A stretch of DNA of 32,000 bases from Promethearchaeota archaeon (GCA_016933055.1 JAFGBS010000027.1:60001-92000); one strand, 5' to 3'; positions 1 to 9,906 are shown, counted from the first letter of the stretch. Notes: generated from the letters alone by a model not told the origin. Numbers and translations are program-made.

Positions 1-20
1 ATTAAGAAAGGAAAAATTAA

Positions 21-1046
21 TTAAATTTGTTTTTCTTGAGCACCTTTTCTAAAATTCATCGACAACAAAATACTTCCATAAGTCACTAATCCAATCCCTA
101 CTGCTATGCCTAAAATCATAATCGAAGGGATTAAGATTCCCATTACAAAAAGACCTATTCCAACACCAATTTGACCTAAACCTCCAATTAAAGAAATTAA
201 CTTGAATTTTCGTGAAATAGGGACATCAATATGGATAATTCTACCAGTAGATCCATCAATGAATGCTTGGTACTTCTTCTTATTATAAGTAAAATCAATT
301 TCATACACGGGAAATTGAATGTAAAATACATCTCGTTCTTCAACCCTGTCGTCCCGGTCTGTAATCGTGTGAACTTCCTTTCTCATCTCTGACATTTGCC
401 TGTTCATAACAGCTAAACGCATCGTTCTTTTTGCTTCCTCAGAAGAATAATTCGAATCAATGATCTCACCACCCAATTCCTTTACATGTGTAATATCAAA
501 ATATTCCTTACCCGTGGTAGGAACCACATAATTCTTAAGATAGTTAGGGGTAGATTTCAACCCTAAGAGTGGAATTTGATACTCGCGCAAAACATTACCT
601 GACTCCTCTCGTTGATAATAAGATACTGCCTCAAACCACCCCGGTCTATCAAAAGCGGGTCGATGGAAATTAGGCCAGTTATCTATTCCTCTATAATCGC
701 TGGAAGCATTATATTCTCCTACCCAAATCGGATAAAATTTCAGAACTCGTTTTGTAATTGTTGCCGTGTTTTCAAAATCCTGAGGTGCCCCTGGTATTTT
801 CTTAACCCAATCTTCCATTATTGATTGTGCTTCACTTGCCGTATAATTCGATCGAACAATGTAATGATCATTAAATATAAAGTTCTTCTTCGTTTCTTCG
901 GGTAGTTCTTCTCCAGTAATGCTAGTACCATCTGGTCCTACCATCAGGGAAACTTGAATTGCTGTACCACAGAATTCACAGGTGTGAATCGGTGTAATTG
1001 GGACGTCTAAATTCGCAGCACAATTCGGACACACTATTTCTACCAT
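21..1046 (-). CDS. Zinc-ribbon, C-terminally membrane-anchored protein of SPFH-associated operons
   Basis: N-terminal CPNC-x13-CEFCG ribbon; FYPIW and FPVY..DGSTG motifs shared with the upstream paralogue; two C-terminal hydrophobic helices; AAGGAG SD; 4 nt gap to the upstream gene. Confidence 0.75.
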   Translation of the reverse strand: MVEIVCPNCAANLDVPITPIHTCEFCGTAIQVSLMVGPDGTSITGEELPEETKKNFIFNDHYIVRSNYTASEAQSIMEDWVKKIPGAPQDFENTATITKRVLKFYPIWVGEYNASSDYRGIDNWPNFHRPAFDRPGWFEAVSYYQREESGNVLREYQIPLLGLKSTPNYLKNYVVPTTGKEYFDITHVKELGGEIIDSNYSSEEAKRTMRLAVMNRQMSEMRKEVHTITDRDDRVEERDVFYIQFPVYEIDFTYNKKKYQAFIDGSTGRIIHIDVPISRKFKLISLIGGLGQIGVGIGLFVMGILIPSIMILGIAVGIGLVTYGSILLSMNFRKGAQEKQI

Positions 1047-1050
1047 TTTA

Positions 1051-2124
1051 TTATACTCCTTGCATCCTTATCATTAACCGTTTAGCCTTCCGATTCTCTT
1101 TCGTACTTGATTTTTCTAATTGCATTTTGAAAGCTAAACGAATCGGGATAGCTGTTAAACCTACCCCGACGATTGCAACAATCATCATAATTATTCCCCA
1201 TACTTCAGTCTCTTCAACAGCTGCGAATGCAAAACCAAAATTCCCTAAAACTGCCCCTGCTAAAAGGACAGCTAATGCAATTGCATAATTAATAATCCTT
1301 TTTTTGCGGGAAATTGGAATTTCTCCTTTCACCACCGTCCCCGAGTCTCCAGCGATTGAAACCTTATAATATTTATCGTTGAAGCTGTAACGGCAGATCC
1401 ATAAAGGAGCATGAACATATAATGGATCTTTAACGGTGATTTTGGAGTCGCATCGGACCAATCGGTTCAAACCCGAACTAGCTTGTGCCCGATTCTGATT
1501 TTCAACAGCACCATAGGTATTCATTTTAGCTTCATGCTCTTCTACCTCAGCATTAATGAACTCGCAGTTATCTTTCTTCACAAGATCAAAATCAAAATCA
1601 ATAAGATTATCCAATGATAAAGAATGCACAAATTCATAGAAACCATAAAACGCTGCATGCTTTCTGGCTATAACACTATTGCGCCCAGATCGATTGAACT
1701 CACTTTCAATTGGGCGCCAGACGGGGACTTGATACGCTTCTTGATAGGTTTCGGTCCTTGTATTCCCATTAGAATCTCTGACTGTTCTTGTGCGGGTTCG
1801 ATATCGAGTGACACTTCCTTGTTGTACGCCATAGAAATTCGTGTAAGAATCAAAAGGTACCATCCAAAAAGGTAAATACACAGCTTTCGTTTCTTCAATT
1901 CTGACCAATTTCATATCTACTTTGTGTTTACGTAAAAATTCTTCCACATTTGACCGTACTTCTAAATGAGTTTTGGTAGGAATCATCTTATGGCCGCTTA
2001 CTTTCTTGAAATCAACATTGAAAGCCTCACCACACCATTCACATTGTTGCACAACATCTTCTGGATTCAACTTAATAACAGCACCGCAATTAGGACATTC
2101 TTTTGTTAATTTTCGTTCGGTCAG
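1051..2124 (-). CDS. Zinc-ribbon, membrane-anchored paralogue; probable true start is CTG at 2124 (357 aa), not TTG at 2070
   Basis: The frame is open upstream of 2070 and reads (L/M)TERKLTKECPNCGAVIKLNPEDVVQQCEWCG, completing the CxxC..CxxC ribbon. GGTGA SD lies 6 nt before the CTG; in-frame TGA three codons further up. YLPFW motif, RT-rich hairpin segment, two C-terminal TM helices. Confidence 0.7.
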   Translation of the reverse strand: MTERKLTKECPNCGAVIKLNPEDVVQQCEWCGEAFNVDFKKVSGHKMIPTKTHLEVRSNVEEFLRKHKVDMKLVRIEETKAVYLPFWMVPFDSYTNFYGVQQGSVTRYRTRTRTVRDSNGNTRTETYQEAYQVPVWRPIESEFNRSGRNSVIARKHAAFYGFYEFVHSLSLDNLIDFDFDLVKKDNCEFINAEVEEHEAKMNTYGAVENQNRAQASSGLNRLVRCDSKITVKDPLYVHAPLWICRYSFNDKYYKVSIAGDSGTVVKGEIPISRKKRIINYAIALAVLLAGAVLGNFGFAFAAVEETEVWGIIMMIVAIVGVGLTAIPIRLAFKMQLEKSSTKENRKAKRLMIRMQGV

Positions 2125-2177
2125 AATACATCACCAAATAAGATTAAAATAAAAAAATTAGAGAATTATGTTTGTAT

Positions 2178-3305
2178 TTATACTTTCGTGCCACATTTCT
2201 CACAGAAACGTTGTCCGGGTTCTAATGGATCGCCGCATTTATAACATTTGAGGGGACCAACAGGATGACCACACATTTCACAGAATTTTTGACCTGGGTC
2301 TAATGGATCGCCACATTTTTTACAGACATCAACTGATGCAGCAGCCCCACATTTTTCACAGAATTTTTGACCTGGATCTAGCGGATCGCCACAATTTTTG
2401 CATGTTCCTCCCTCTCCCGTCGGTTTAGGCACAGGTGGTGCTACTGGTTCTTTCCCGCAGTTAGAGCAAAATTTTACTCCAGCTTTGTTCTGGGTTCCAC
2501 AATGTACGCATGTCATGTAATCTCCTCCTGCGGTAGCAATCCCTTCAGTCTTTAATCCACCCGTCATCACAAAAGCAGTCCCGGCTCCACCGGTTGACTT
2601 TCCAATCTCTTTTGCGACATCTTTTTGGGTTTCGGATGCGAGTACCGTCCCAGCTCCAACCCCTCCAGTTTGCATATAGAAAAGTCTGTCTCGGTATTTC
2701 TCTTCTGTATCAATTTTAACAAACTTCACATCGTCTAATTCTAAACCGATTTTCTCAAAGGCGTTTTTTAATTCCTCGGTTACCTCTGCAGACGTTTTTT
2801 TAAGTTCTCCATAGACTTGGCGAAGTGTATGACCCGAGAGCAGAGTCATCACATTTTCATTGAAGTAACCCCGAATGTAATTATTCACTGCTTCTGTTGT
2901 GAAAATATTATTATTGCCACAAATCTCGGTCACAAACAATCTTGGGTCGATAACCTTGAACCAGTACTGCCCGTGGTACATTAATGGGGCTAATTCCTGT
3001 GTTTGGGTTCTACCACCAAATTTTCCATCAAATTTACTTTTGCTAACAAAAATAACTTCCGCTTGAAAGATATCACCTACAAAGAGTTTAATTACTCTGC
3101 CTAAAAGGGGAAGATCCATTGTTTTAAACATCTTTCTTCCAGGTGGCAACAAATCAAGTGCTTTTCCATCTTTGTAGAAAATTGCCCACTGATTCTCAGC
3201 GACAATCGCAAAACTACCCCAACGAAGCCTATCATCAGGATATCTATAGACAATATCGCCAGGTTTGGCGTTGTCCCATTCTACTACTTGAGCTCCTAAT
3301 ACCAT
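2178..3305 (-). CDS. SPFH (band 7-like, YdjI-type) domain protein with four C-terminal zinc ribbons (double zinc ribbon repeats)
   Basis: IVAENQWAIFYKDGK..LPPGR N-terminus and FQAEVIFVS/GQYWFKVIDP motifs typical of soluble SPFH proteins; four CxxCG-x8-FCxxCG units; AGGTGA SD; no TM helix. Confidence 0.85.
   Translation of the reverse strand: MVLGAQVVEWDNAKPGDIVYRYPDDRLRWGSFAIVAENQWAIFYKDGKALDLLPPGRKMFKTMDLPLLGRVIKLFVGDIFQAEVIFVSKSKFDGKFGGRTQTQELAPLMYHGQYWFKVIDPRLFVTEICGNNNIFTTEAVNNYIRGYFNENVMTLLSGHTLRQVYGELKKTSAEVTEELKNAFEKIGLELDDVKFVKIDTEEKYRDRLFYMQTGGVGAGTVLASETQKDVAKEIGKSTGGAGTAFVMTGGLKTEGIATAGGDYMTCVHCGTQNKAGVKFCSNCGKEPVAPPVPKPTGEGGTCKNCGDPLDPGQKFCEKCGAAASVDVCKKCGDPLDPGQKFCEMCGHPVGPLKCYKCGDPLEPGQRFCEKCGTKV
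2191..2402 (-). repeat. Three coding near-direct repeats, each encoding CxxCGDPL(D/E)PGQ(K/R)FCExCG
   Basis: Recurring DNA blocks (ggatcgcc, cacagaatttttgacctgg) with about 75-78 nt period, inside the SPFH ORF. Confidence 0.85.
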
Positions 3306-3454
3306 AATCTCACCTATTTTAACTTTTGACTAATTTTATTTATTTAAAATAAAAACTTTTAATGGTTTGATGATAGTATAGGCAAAAAGCTCCTAAATTG
3401 TTTAGTCTTCCGTTTCATTTTACATTAGTTAAAACTCAACACTATTCCAAGTTT

Positions 3455-4969
3455 TTATTTTTTAACCTTTTTTTTCACAAGCAAATAGATCGAGAAAGAA
3501 AGCGTGGGAGTTAATATAATTATCAAGATCCAAGAAACCTCATAATAAATTACTTTCATACTCCAGAACGGTTTCGTTAGAGGACCCATCAAGTGAAGGT
3601 TGTTCGTTTTTATTAAATCCACTCCTAAGCACCATAATTGGCTAAATCTTGATACTGAATCTACAGTCCATACCATTACTTCAATTCCGGCCAGATCATA
3701 ACTTTTAAATTGTTCATTGGTTAATCCGTGATGGGTATTAACCAGTTCGCTACCCATGCTAATTAATTGATCTACGGGGAATGCATTAGTGACATAGGTC
3801 ATGTTAAGGGAAAGTGCCTGAGATGAACCAATTAAGATGTTTTTACCCAGACCGGAATTATTCAACTGAGTTAAGAGTATGTTTTCATAGGAAGAATAAT
3901 AAGGATGCCCCGAGGGAGGTCCTTTGGAATCGATATCTAATAATAAATAATTATCCCGAGTAAAATTGATAATTTCTGCGAGTGTTGGGATTTTTTCGCC
4001 CCGGTAAGATTCCGCAGTGGTTTTTGAGATATATCCCTCTGAAATAGTGTTGAATGGATCGCAATCCACAAACCAAGAACCCGCATCTAATTGTTGTAAT
4101 TCTGAATAATTAAAACTGGTGATTGGCTCGTTGAATCTATCAGGAAATACGGTTCCAACATCAGTTGTTCTTCGTAAAGTCGAATCGTGCATCAAAACAA
4201 TTATGCCGTCGTAACTAATCGTCAAATCAACTTCTATTCCAACTGCACCAAAAATTACTGCTTGTTCGGCTGCTGCCATTGTATTTTCTGGTGCTAAATG
4301 TGATGCCCCGCGATGTGCCATAAGTAAGGGTTTAGGAGGAATTTCACCTTGAACTACCGTAGAGGGAACTAAAAAAAATGGGGAAATAAACGGAAAAATA
4401 CAAATTACCGCAATTACAATGGTTCCGAATACAAAACCCGCTTTCTTCCACGATTTAGTACCCTCATTTTTCACTCTTAACAATTGTCTAGCAAATTTTC
4501 TGTATAATAGGGGGGATATAGAACTAATTCCGATAATCAATATTAACCAAATAATGGGACTTAGATATTCTAATTGTGTTCTAACGATAAATATTTCCGA
4601 TCCTGCTTCTGAAATTAATAGATTTAGCGCAAAATCCCAAACCGCTAAAAAGATGAAAGGCAATATCTTATTAATAATAGAGGTTTTTGTATGACCACTT
4701 TTTGCCAGTTTAATGGTATGAAAAATCACAAGGAATAGACTATGAGCAAAATTAAGAAATATCAATGTTAATATGATTGCTAACCAATTAAATCGAACAC
4801 CAATCATTCCAATAAGGAATTCGTTAATATCATACCAAAGCGGGTTCATTAGTAATACAATCGTAGTAACAACTAGCATATTAAGAAAATAAAGGATGAA
4901 AAATCCATACCAGATTTTTCCCCAAACGATGCCTTTGTTTTTCATTTGATTTTTCACCATCATTCTCAC
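3455..4969 (-). CDS. Membrane glycerophosphodiester phosphodiesterase with 5 N-terminal TM + GDPD domain + 1 C-terminal TM (GDE2/3/6-like)
   Basis: AHRG, APENT, EVD and MHD catalytic motifs; six hydrophobic helices arranged 5+1; sequons NYS, NNS, NMT in the catalytic domain. Confidence 0.9.
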   Translation of the reverse strand: MRMMVKNQMKNKGIVWGKIWYGFFILYFLNMLVVTTIVLLMNPLWYDINEFLIGMIGVRFNWLAIILTLIFLNFAHSLFLVIFHTIKLAKSGHTKTSIINKILPFIFLAVWDFALNLLISEAGSEIFIVRTQLEYLSPIIWLILIIGISSISPLLYRKFARQLLRVKNEGTKSWKKAGFVFGTIVIAVICIFPFISPFFLVPSTVVQGEIPPKPLLMAHRGASHLAPENTMAAAEQAVIFGAVGIEVDLTISYDGIIVLMHDSTLRRTTDVGTVFPDRFNEPITSFNYSELQQLDAGSWFVDCDPFNTISEGYISKTTAESYRGEKIPTLAEIINFTRDNYLLLDIDSKGPPSGHPYYSSYENILLTQLNNSGLGKNILIGSSQALSLNMTYVTNAFPVDQLISMGSELVNTHHGLTNEQFKSYDLAGIEVMVWTVDSVSRFSQLWCLGVDLIKTNNLHLMGPLTKPFWSMKVIYYEVSWILIIILTPTLSFSIYLLVKKKVKK

Positions 4970-4984
4970 GGATTTTATTTCTTT

Positions 4985-6640
4985 TTAATCATTGATATCA
5001 GTTTTTCCCTCGCGGAGTAATCGGTGTAGCACCTTTCCAACAGCAGATTTCGGCATTTCTTGAATAAATTGTATACTACGGGGGTATTTATATGCTGCAA
5101 CGCGATCTTTCATCCAATCAATAATCTGTTGCTCTGTGACCTTTCCCTTGTATTCATCTTTAAGTACCACGTAGGCTTTAAGATTTTCTCCAACCTCTGG
5201 GTCAGGAATACCGATCACAGCGCAATCTAATATGGCGGGATGCTCGTACATATAAGCTTCTATCTCAGCAGGATAAACTGAATGACCTTTATATTTAATG
5301 AGATTCTTAATCCGTGATTTTATACTTAGATAACCCTCTTCATCCACAACGCCTACATCTCCCGTATAAAGCCATCCATTTCTCAAACATGCTGCAGTTT
5401 CTTTTGTTTTCTTATAATATCCTTTCATCACTTGTGGTCCTTTTACACAAATTTCTCCTTCCTCGCCAATTCCAAGTAATCTTTCCCCCGTTTCAAGATC
5501 CACTATTTTACATTGAGTATTCGGGAAAGGGAATCCGACAGTGCCTGCTTTAGGTTTCCCAAATCGTGATAACGGGACTGCATGTGTGACGGGACTGGCC
5601 TCTGTTAGTCCGTATCCCTCTCTTAAGACAGCACCTGTTAATTTCTCGAATTTATCTTGTACTTCAGCTGGTAATGCTCCTGCACCACATAAGCAGAATT
5701 TAATAGATGACATGTCATGGTCTTCAATTCCGGGGTAATTATTCAAATTATTATACAGTGCGGACACCCCAGGAAATATCGTTATTTTGTTATGCACAAT
5801 AGTTTCTAATAATTCATCGGTGTCCCGAGGATTTGAAACCATTACTAGGTTTGCTCCAATTAAGATCCCAAAATTCATGCAGACAGTTTGAGCATAAATA
5901 TGATATAATGGGAGTGCTACTAATATTATTTCACCACCTTCAACTGCTTCCGGAAACCAAGCTCGGCATTGGTATGCATTCGCCACAAGGTTATAATGAG
6001 TTAACATAGCGCCCTTTGGTAAACCTGTAGTGCCACCTGTATATTGTAGATTTGCTGTATCAGTGGGATCCATATCTACTTTTGGGGGATTTGGCTCTGT
6101 GGTATGAATTAAATCTTCTAAATAGAGAAATTTGCCATCTGGAGACACCAAATCCTCTTTTTCAGGTTCGTTGGAGAACCACGGGGTTAAAGAACTTTGA
6201 ACAACAGTCTTAACATTTTCTGGTATGGCACCTTCTGCTATCTGGTCGAACGCGTCCCACATAATAAAAATTGTTGCTTCACTATCTCGTAATTGATACT
6301 CAATCTCCAGTTTCTTAAATAAGGGGCTTAATAGTGTAACTTTTCCACCAGCCCTGATAACCGCGTAATAACACACAATACACGGGGGCACATTAGTAAA
6401 ATGTAGTGCAACAGTTTCACCTTTTTTTAAACCTAAATTATGCAATGCTGCTGCTGCTCGATCGACCAATTCATCGAGTTTCCTATAAGTTAGCTGTACT
6501 CCAAAATAGCTGATAGCCACACTATCAGGGAATTTATGTGCTGCATTTCTCAACATCTGGTCAATTGGAATTTCAGGAATATCCATATTACGGGGGACAT
6601 CACCAGGCCATAATTTCATGAAAACTTCTTCAAAAGACAT
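4985..6640 (-). CDS. fadD: Long-chain fatty acid--CoA ligase (ANL superfamily)
   Basis: YTGGTTGLPKG P-loop, EGYGLTEA, LYTGD and C-terminal PKSAVGKV motifs; substrate specificity is not established. Confidence 0.85.
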   Translation of the reverse strand: MSFEEVFMKLWPGDVPRNMDIPEIPIDQMLRNAAHKFPDSVAISYFGVQLTYRKLDELVDRAAAALHNLGLKKGETVALHFTNVPPCIVCYYAVIRAGGKVTLLSPLFKKLEIEYQLRDSEATIFIMWDAFDQIAEGAIPENVKTVVQSSLTPWFSNEPEKEDLVSPDGKFLYLEDLIHTTEPNPPKVDMDPTDTANLQYTGGTTGLPKGAMLTHYNLVANAYQCRAWFPEAVEGGEIILVALPLYHIYAQTVCMNFGILIGANLVMVSNPRDTDELLETIVHNKITIFPGVSALYNNLNNYPGIEDHDMSSIKFCLCGAGALPAEVQDKFEKLTGAVLREGYGLTEASPVTHAVPLSRFGKPKAGTVGFPFPNTQCKIVDLETGERLLGIGEEGEICVKGPQVMKGYYKKTKETAACLRNGWLYTGDVGVVDEEGYLSIKSRIKNLIKYKGHSVYPAEIEAYMYEHPAILDCAVIGIPDPEVGENLKAYVVLKDEYKGKVTEQQIIDWMKDRVAAYKYPRSIQFIQEMPKSAVGKVLHRLLREGKTDIND

Positions 6641-6787
6641 AATTCTAATTTCAGTGTTCGAGCTTTATAATAATTTTCCCAAGTGGGTGGGATTGATTCC
6701 GCATTTCTCGAAACATAATTGAAAATCCTTTTTATGTGGGAAGAAAAACACTACACATATCTTTTTGAGAGGATTTGTGAACAAAAA

Positions 6788-8293
6788 ATGAGTGAACAAG
6801 AAGTATTTGATTTGATAGTTATTGGTTCGGGTCCAGGTGGATATCACGCTGCATTGCGAGCAGCACAATATGGAGCTAAAGTTGCGATTATAGAGAAAAG
6901 ATCTGGAGAGCTAGGTGGTACATGCAGCAATTGGGGTTGTATTCCAACTAAAGCACTAGTTGCTTCTGCAAATATGCTAGAAGAACTTCATGAGAAAGCG
7001 GAGGATTTTGGTATCACTGTCGGGAACGTAGAATTTAATTTTATGAAAGCGGTAGAGCGTAAAAATAAAGTCGTAACCGAATTACGAGAAGGAATTGAAG
7101 GGTTATTGAATATCCGCAAAATTCCGATCCATTACGGATTCGGAAAATTAGAAGGAGGAAGCATTGCGGAAGAATTTACCGTCAGCGTTGCACCCGAACA
7201 AGGAGAAAAGATCTTTTTGAAAGGGAAACGCGTTATTATAGCTACGGGCTCGACACCAGCACTTATACCGGCATTTAATATCGATCACAATAAGATTTTA
7301 ACCAGTGATGATATCTTAAATCCTGATTTTAAAATCTTACCTAAATCCCTTTTAATCATTGGTGCTGGTGTAATTGGGTGTGAATTTGGGAATATTTTCC
7401 GACGATTCGGGGTCGATGTAACTATGCTTGAATATTTACCAACCATGATTGCGACTGAGGAACGTCTTGTAATTAAGGAACTTCAGAAAAAGTTTGATGA
7501 GATAGGAATCAAACTACATGTGAAACAAAATGTATTAAAAGTGGAAAATACTGAAACTGGTGTAAAAGCAACTACATGTGATGCGTCAATTCCGCGTGAT
7601 CAAGTCGATTCCGCTGAGAAATTTACTTATGAAGCTGAATTATGCTTAGTCTCTATAGGAAGGGCTAAAGAATCAGTAGGAATTGGGTTGGAGGAATTAG
7701 GTGGTAAGATAGAACGAAATTCAATTGTTGTGAATGAAAAAACCCGTGAAACTGATGTTGTGGGAGTGTATGCAATTGGTGATGTCACAGCAGGCCCGAT
7801 GCTAGCTCATAAAGCAAGTTACGATGGGGATGTAGCGGTTGCAAATGCACTTTCCAGCATAGGGGGATTTGATGTTCATCCACGTGAAGCAGATTATAGT
7901 GTTCTGCCTGCAACCATATTTACAAATCCCGAAATTGGGTCAGTCGGAATTCGGGAAAAAGATGCTAAAGATATTGCAAAAGATAAAGGATCGAAAATTT
8001 ATACTGGTCGATTTTATTATGCCAGTTTAGGCAAGGCTAAATGTATGAATACTGAAGAAGGTTTTATGATGATCATAGCAGATGCAGATAGTGATAAAAT
8101 TCTTGGAGCTAGTTGTATTGGCCATGGAGCCCCAGAATTGATAGCTACTGTATCCATTGCGATGGATCATGGTATCACTGCAACTGAATTAGGGCATAGT
8201 ATCTATTCGCATCCCACAATTTCGGAAATGGTTTTGGAGACTGCAGAAGACGTTCATGGAATGGCGATACATAAAGCGGGTCGACGACGTTAA
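6788..8293 (+). CDS. lpdA: Dihydrolipoamide dehydrogenase (start revised from 6719 to ATG 6788)
   Basis: GSGPGG FAD-binding motif directly after MSEQEVFD; GGTCSNWGCIPTK redox disulfide; GAGVIG NAD motif; C-terminal HPTISE. Confidence 0.9.
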   Translation: MSEQEVFDLIVIGSGPGGYHAALRAAQYGAKVAIIEKRSGELGGTCSNWGCIPTKALVASANMLEELHEKAEDFGITVGNVEFNFMKAVERKNKVVTELREGIEGLLNIRKIPIHYGFGKLEGGSIAEEFTVSVAPEQGEKIFLKGKRVIIATGSTPALIPAFNIDHNKILTSDDILNPDFKILPKSLLIIGAGVIGCEFGNIFRRFGVDVTMLEYLPTMIATEERLVIKELQKKFDEIGIKLHVKQNVLKVENTETGVKATTCDASIPRDQVDSAEKFTYEAELCLVSIGRAKESVGIGLEELGGKIERNSIVVNEKTRETDVVGVYAIGDVTAGPMLAHKASYDGDVAVANALSSIGGFDVHPREADYSVLPATIFTNPEIGSVGIREKDAKDIAKDKGSKIYTGRFYYASLGKAKCMNTEEGFMMIIADADSDKILGASCIGHGAPELIATVSIAMDHGITATELGHSIYSHPTISEMVLETAEDVHGMAIHKAGRRR

Positions 8294-8299
8294 ATCATC

Positions 8300-8308
8300 T
8301 TTTTTTTT
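8300..8308 (+). terminator. Probable archaeal oligo-T terminator of lpdA
   Basis: Run of 9 T starting 7 nt after the stop codon. Confidence 0.5.
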
Positions 8309-8397
8309 ATTCATCTTTTAAGGTACATGGTGTTTATCACGAAACCTATTCCTTAAGTTTTAATTCAGATATTTGATAATTTAGCTTAGAGAAAAAA

Positions 8398-8829
8398 ATG
8401 GAACGTGATGATTCACCCGAAATTCCTCAAACCAAGGAAGAGATCAGAGATTTTCTAGGAATTAAACCGGGTTTTATATTGCATTTACTTGGAATAGGAT
8501 GGATTATTGGGCCATTATTGGTATTAATCATCTATGATTATACAGGATTATCATTCTATTCTTATTTTTCTATGACTCTAATGGGTATATGTGGTATTTT
8601 TTGTTTAATAATGATGATTTCCACTCTAAAAGTTCTAATTTCCTTCATGAAAGAGATCATAATAATAGCAAAATTACCTGAACAAGAACGTAAAACAAGA
8701 TCTCAACAGATTATCGCTACTAAGAGAACTCAATGGATCTCTGATTCCTTATTTCCGACTATCTTAGGATGGATAATTGCCATTATCGGTTTAATCATAA
8801 TTCTTCTTGAATACTATGCTATAATATGA
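8398..8829 (+). CDS. Hypothetical membrane protein (about 3 TM)
   Basis: 143 aa ORF with three hydrophobic stretches; no recognisable motif. Confidence 0.6.
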   Translation: MERDDSPEIPQTKEEIRDFLGIKPGFILHLLGIGWIIGPLLVLIIYDYTGLSFYSYFSMTLMGICGIFCLIMMISTLKVLISFMKEIIIIAKLPEQERKTRSQQIIATKRTQWISDSLFPTILGWIIAIIGLIIILLEYYAII

Positions 8830-8944
8830 TAAAGTATCGATTTCACATCAATTTACGAATATTCCCCTATTTATTTAGGACAATGGATCCTTAAATTCTC
8901 ATAAGGTATTCTTTGAAATATATAACCTGATGGGATGAATATAG

Positions 8945-9736
8945 ATGAACAAAATAGTCAAATTCTTCTTGTGGGGTATTTTTATATGGTGGATAGTCAC
9001 CTTTATGATATTTATTTTCATAAGTGACATCCCAGAGTTAGCGATGGAGCTTCGCTCAAGTGATAAATATATCCCAGCAATTTTTTATGTCGTAATGAGT
9101 ATATTTGCATTTTTTATGATGACTCGGATGATCAAAAAAGCTCGAGAGCAAAAGAAAGTCATGTCTGAAATCCTTTTCGGATTCTTCTTACTTTCGGCTG
9201 TGAGTGGTTTCATCCAAGGATTTTTCGGAATTTTGCAGTTCACCGTTAGTGTCTTACAAAATTTTTGGACAAGTTCTACTTATTTTTTCGTCACAGGAAG
9301 TACTTTCATGTTAGGGTTTTTCGTCATCGAGTTGTTCTTTAAAGGTCTTAACACAAAGAAAAATAAGGTTGCTCTAATCACAATCGGTATTGTTATCTTA
9401 ATATCCAATCTGGGAATCTCTCTTAACATACTAACAGATTTGGGTGATATATATTTATATGTCCCTATTGTATTATTGTTGATAAGCACTCTGGGATTAT
9501 ATGGGGCACTAATTTACCAATCTTTCAAAATAAGCAGATTTTTAGACCCCTCTCCCGAGAAATCATCTTTAATATACATCGGATTAAGCGGATTTTTCTT
9601 AATCATTGGATTTATACTGGTAATTGTGTATTCTTTCACTGATTTGAACATAATTCGCATTACTAATGCTATAATATTCATGATTGGATATTTCTTACTT
9701 TATTGGGGATTTACATTACCATCAAGAAAAACATAA
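8945..9736 (+). CDS. Hypothetical polytopic membrane protein (7-8 TM)
   Basis: Eight hydrophobic segments with short basic loops; no catalytic motif recognised. Confidence 0.7.
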   Translation: MNKIVKFFLWGIFIWWIVTFMIFIFISDIPELAMELRSSDKYIPAIFYVVMSIFAFFMMTRMIKKAREQKKVMSEILFGFFLLSAVSGFIQGFFGILQFTVSVLQNFWTSSTYFFVTGSTFMLGFFVIELFFKGLNTKKNKVALITIGIVILISNLGISLNILTDLGDIYLYVPIVLLLISTLGLYGALIYQSFKISRFLDPSPEKSSLIYIGLSGFFLIIGFILVIVYSFTDLNIIRITNAIIFMIGYFLLYWGFTLPSRKT

Positions 9737-9906
9737 TAATAATAAAATCAATAATTGGGTTCCAAATAGTAATATATGACTAAAAATCTACTTTTTCTTT
9801 TTATTTATTTTTCTCATCTTATTGTTTTATAGATTTTTTATTAGGAAACGGGATTCCTTTGAAATTACCATAATTATTTTATAGTGGAATCAAGACACTA
9901 TGGATT

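Noticed and set aside
2191-2402. Periodic DNA repeats suggestive of a CRISPR array
   Set aside because: They are in-frame, degenerate at third codon positions and encode zinc ribbons; no cas genes or leader
6719-6787. 23-residue N-terminal extension of lpdA in the ORF track
   Set aside because: The family fold begins at ATG 6788; the extension lies in the divergent promoter region
8945-9736. Rhodopsin or GPCR-like receptor
   Set aside because: No retinal-binding Lys motif in the last helix and no attached signalling domain; hydrophobicity alone is insufficient
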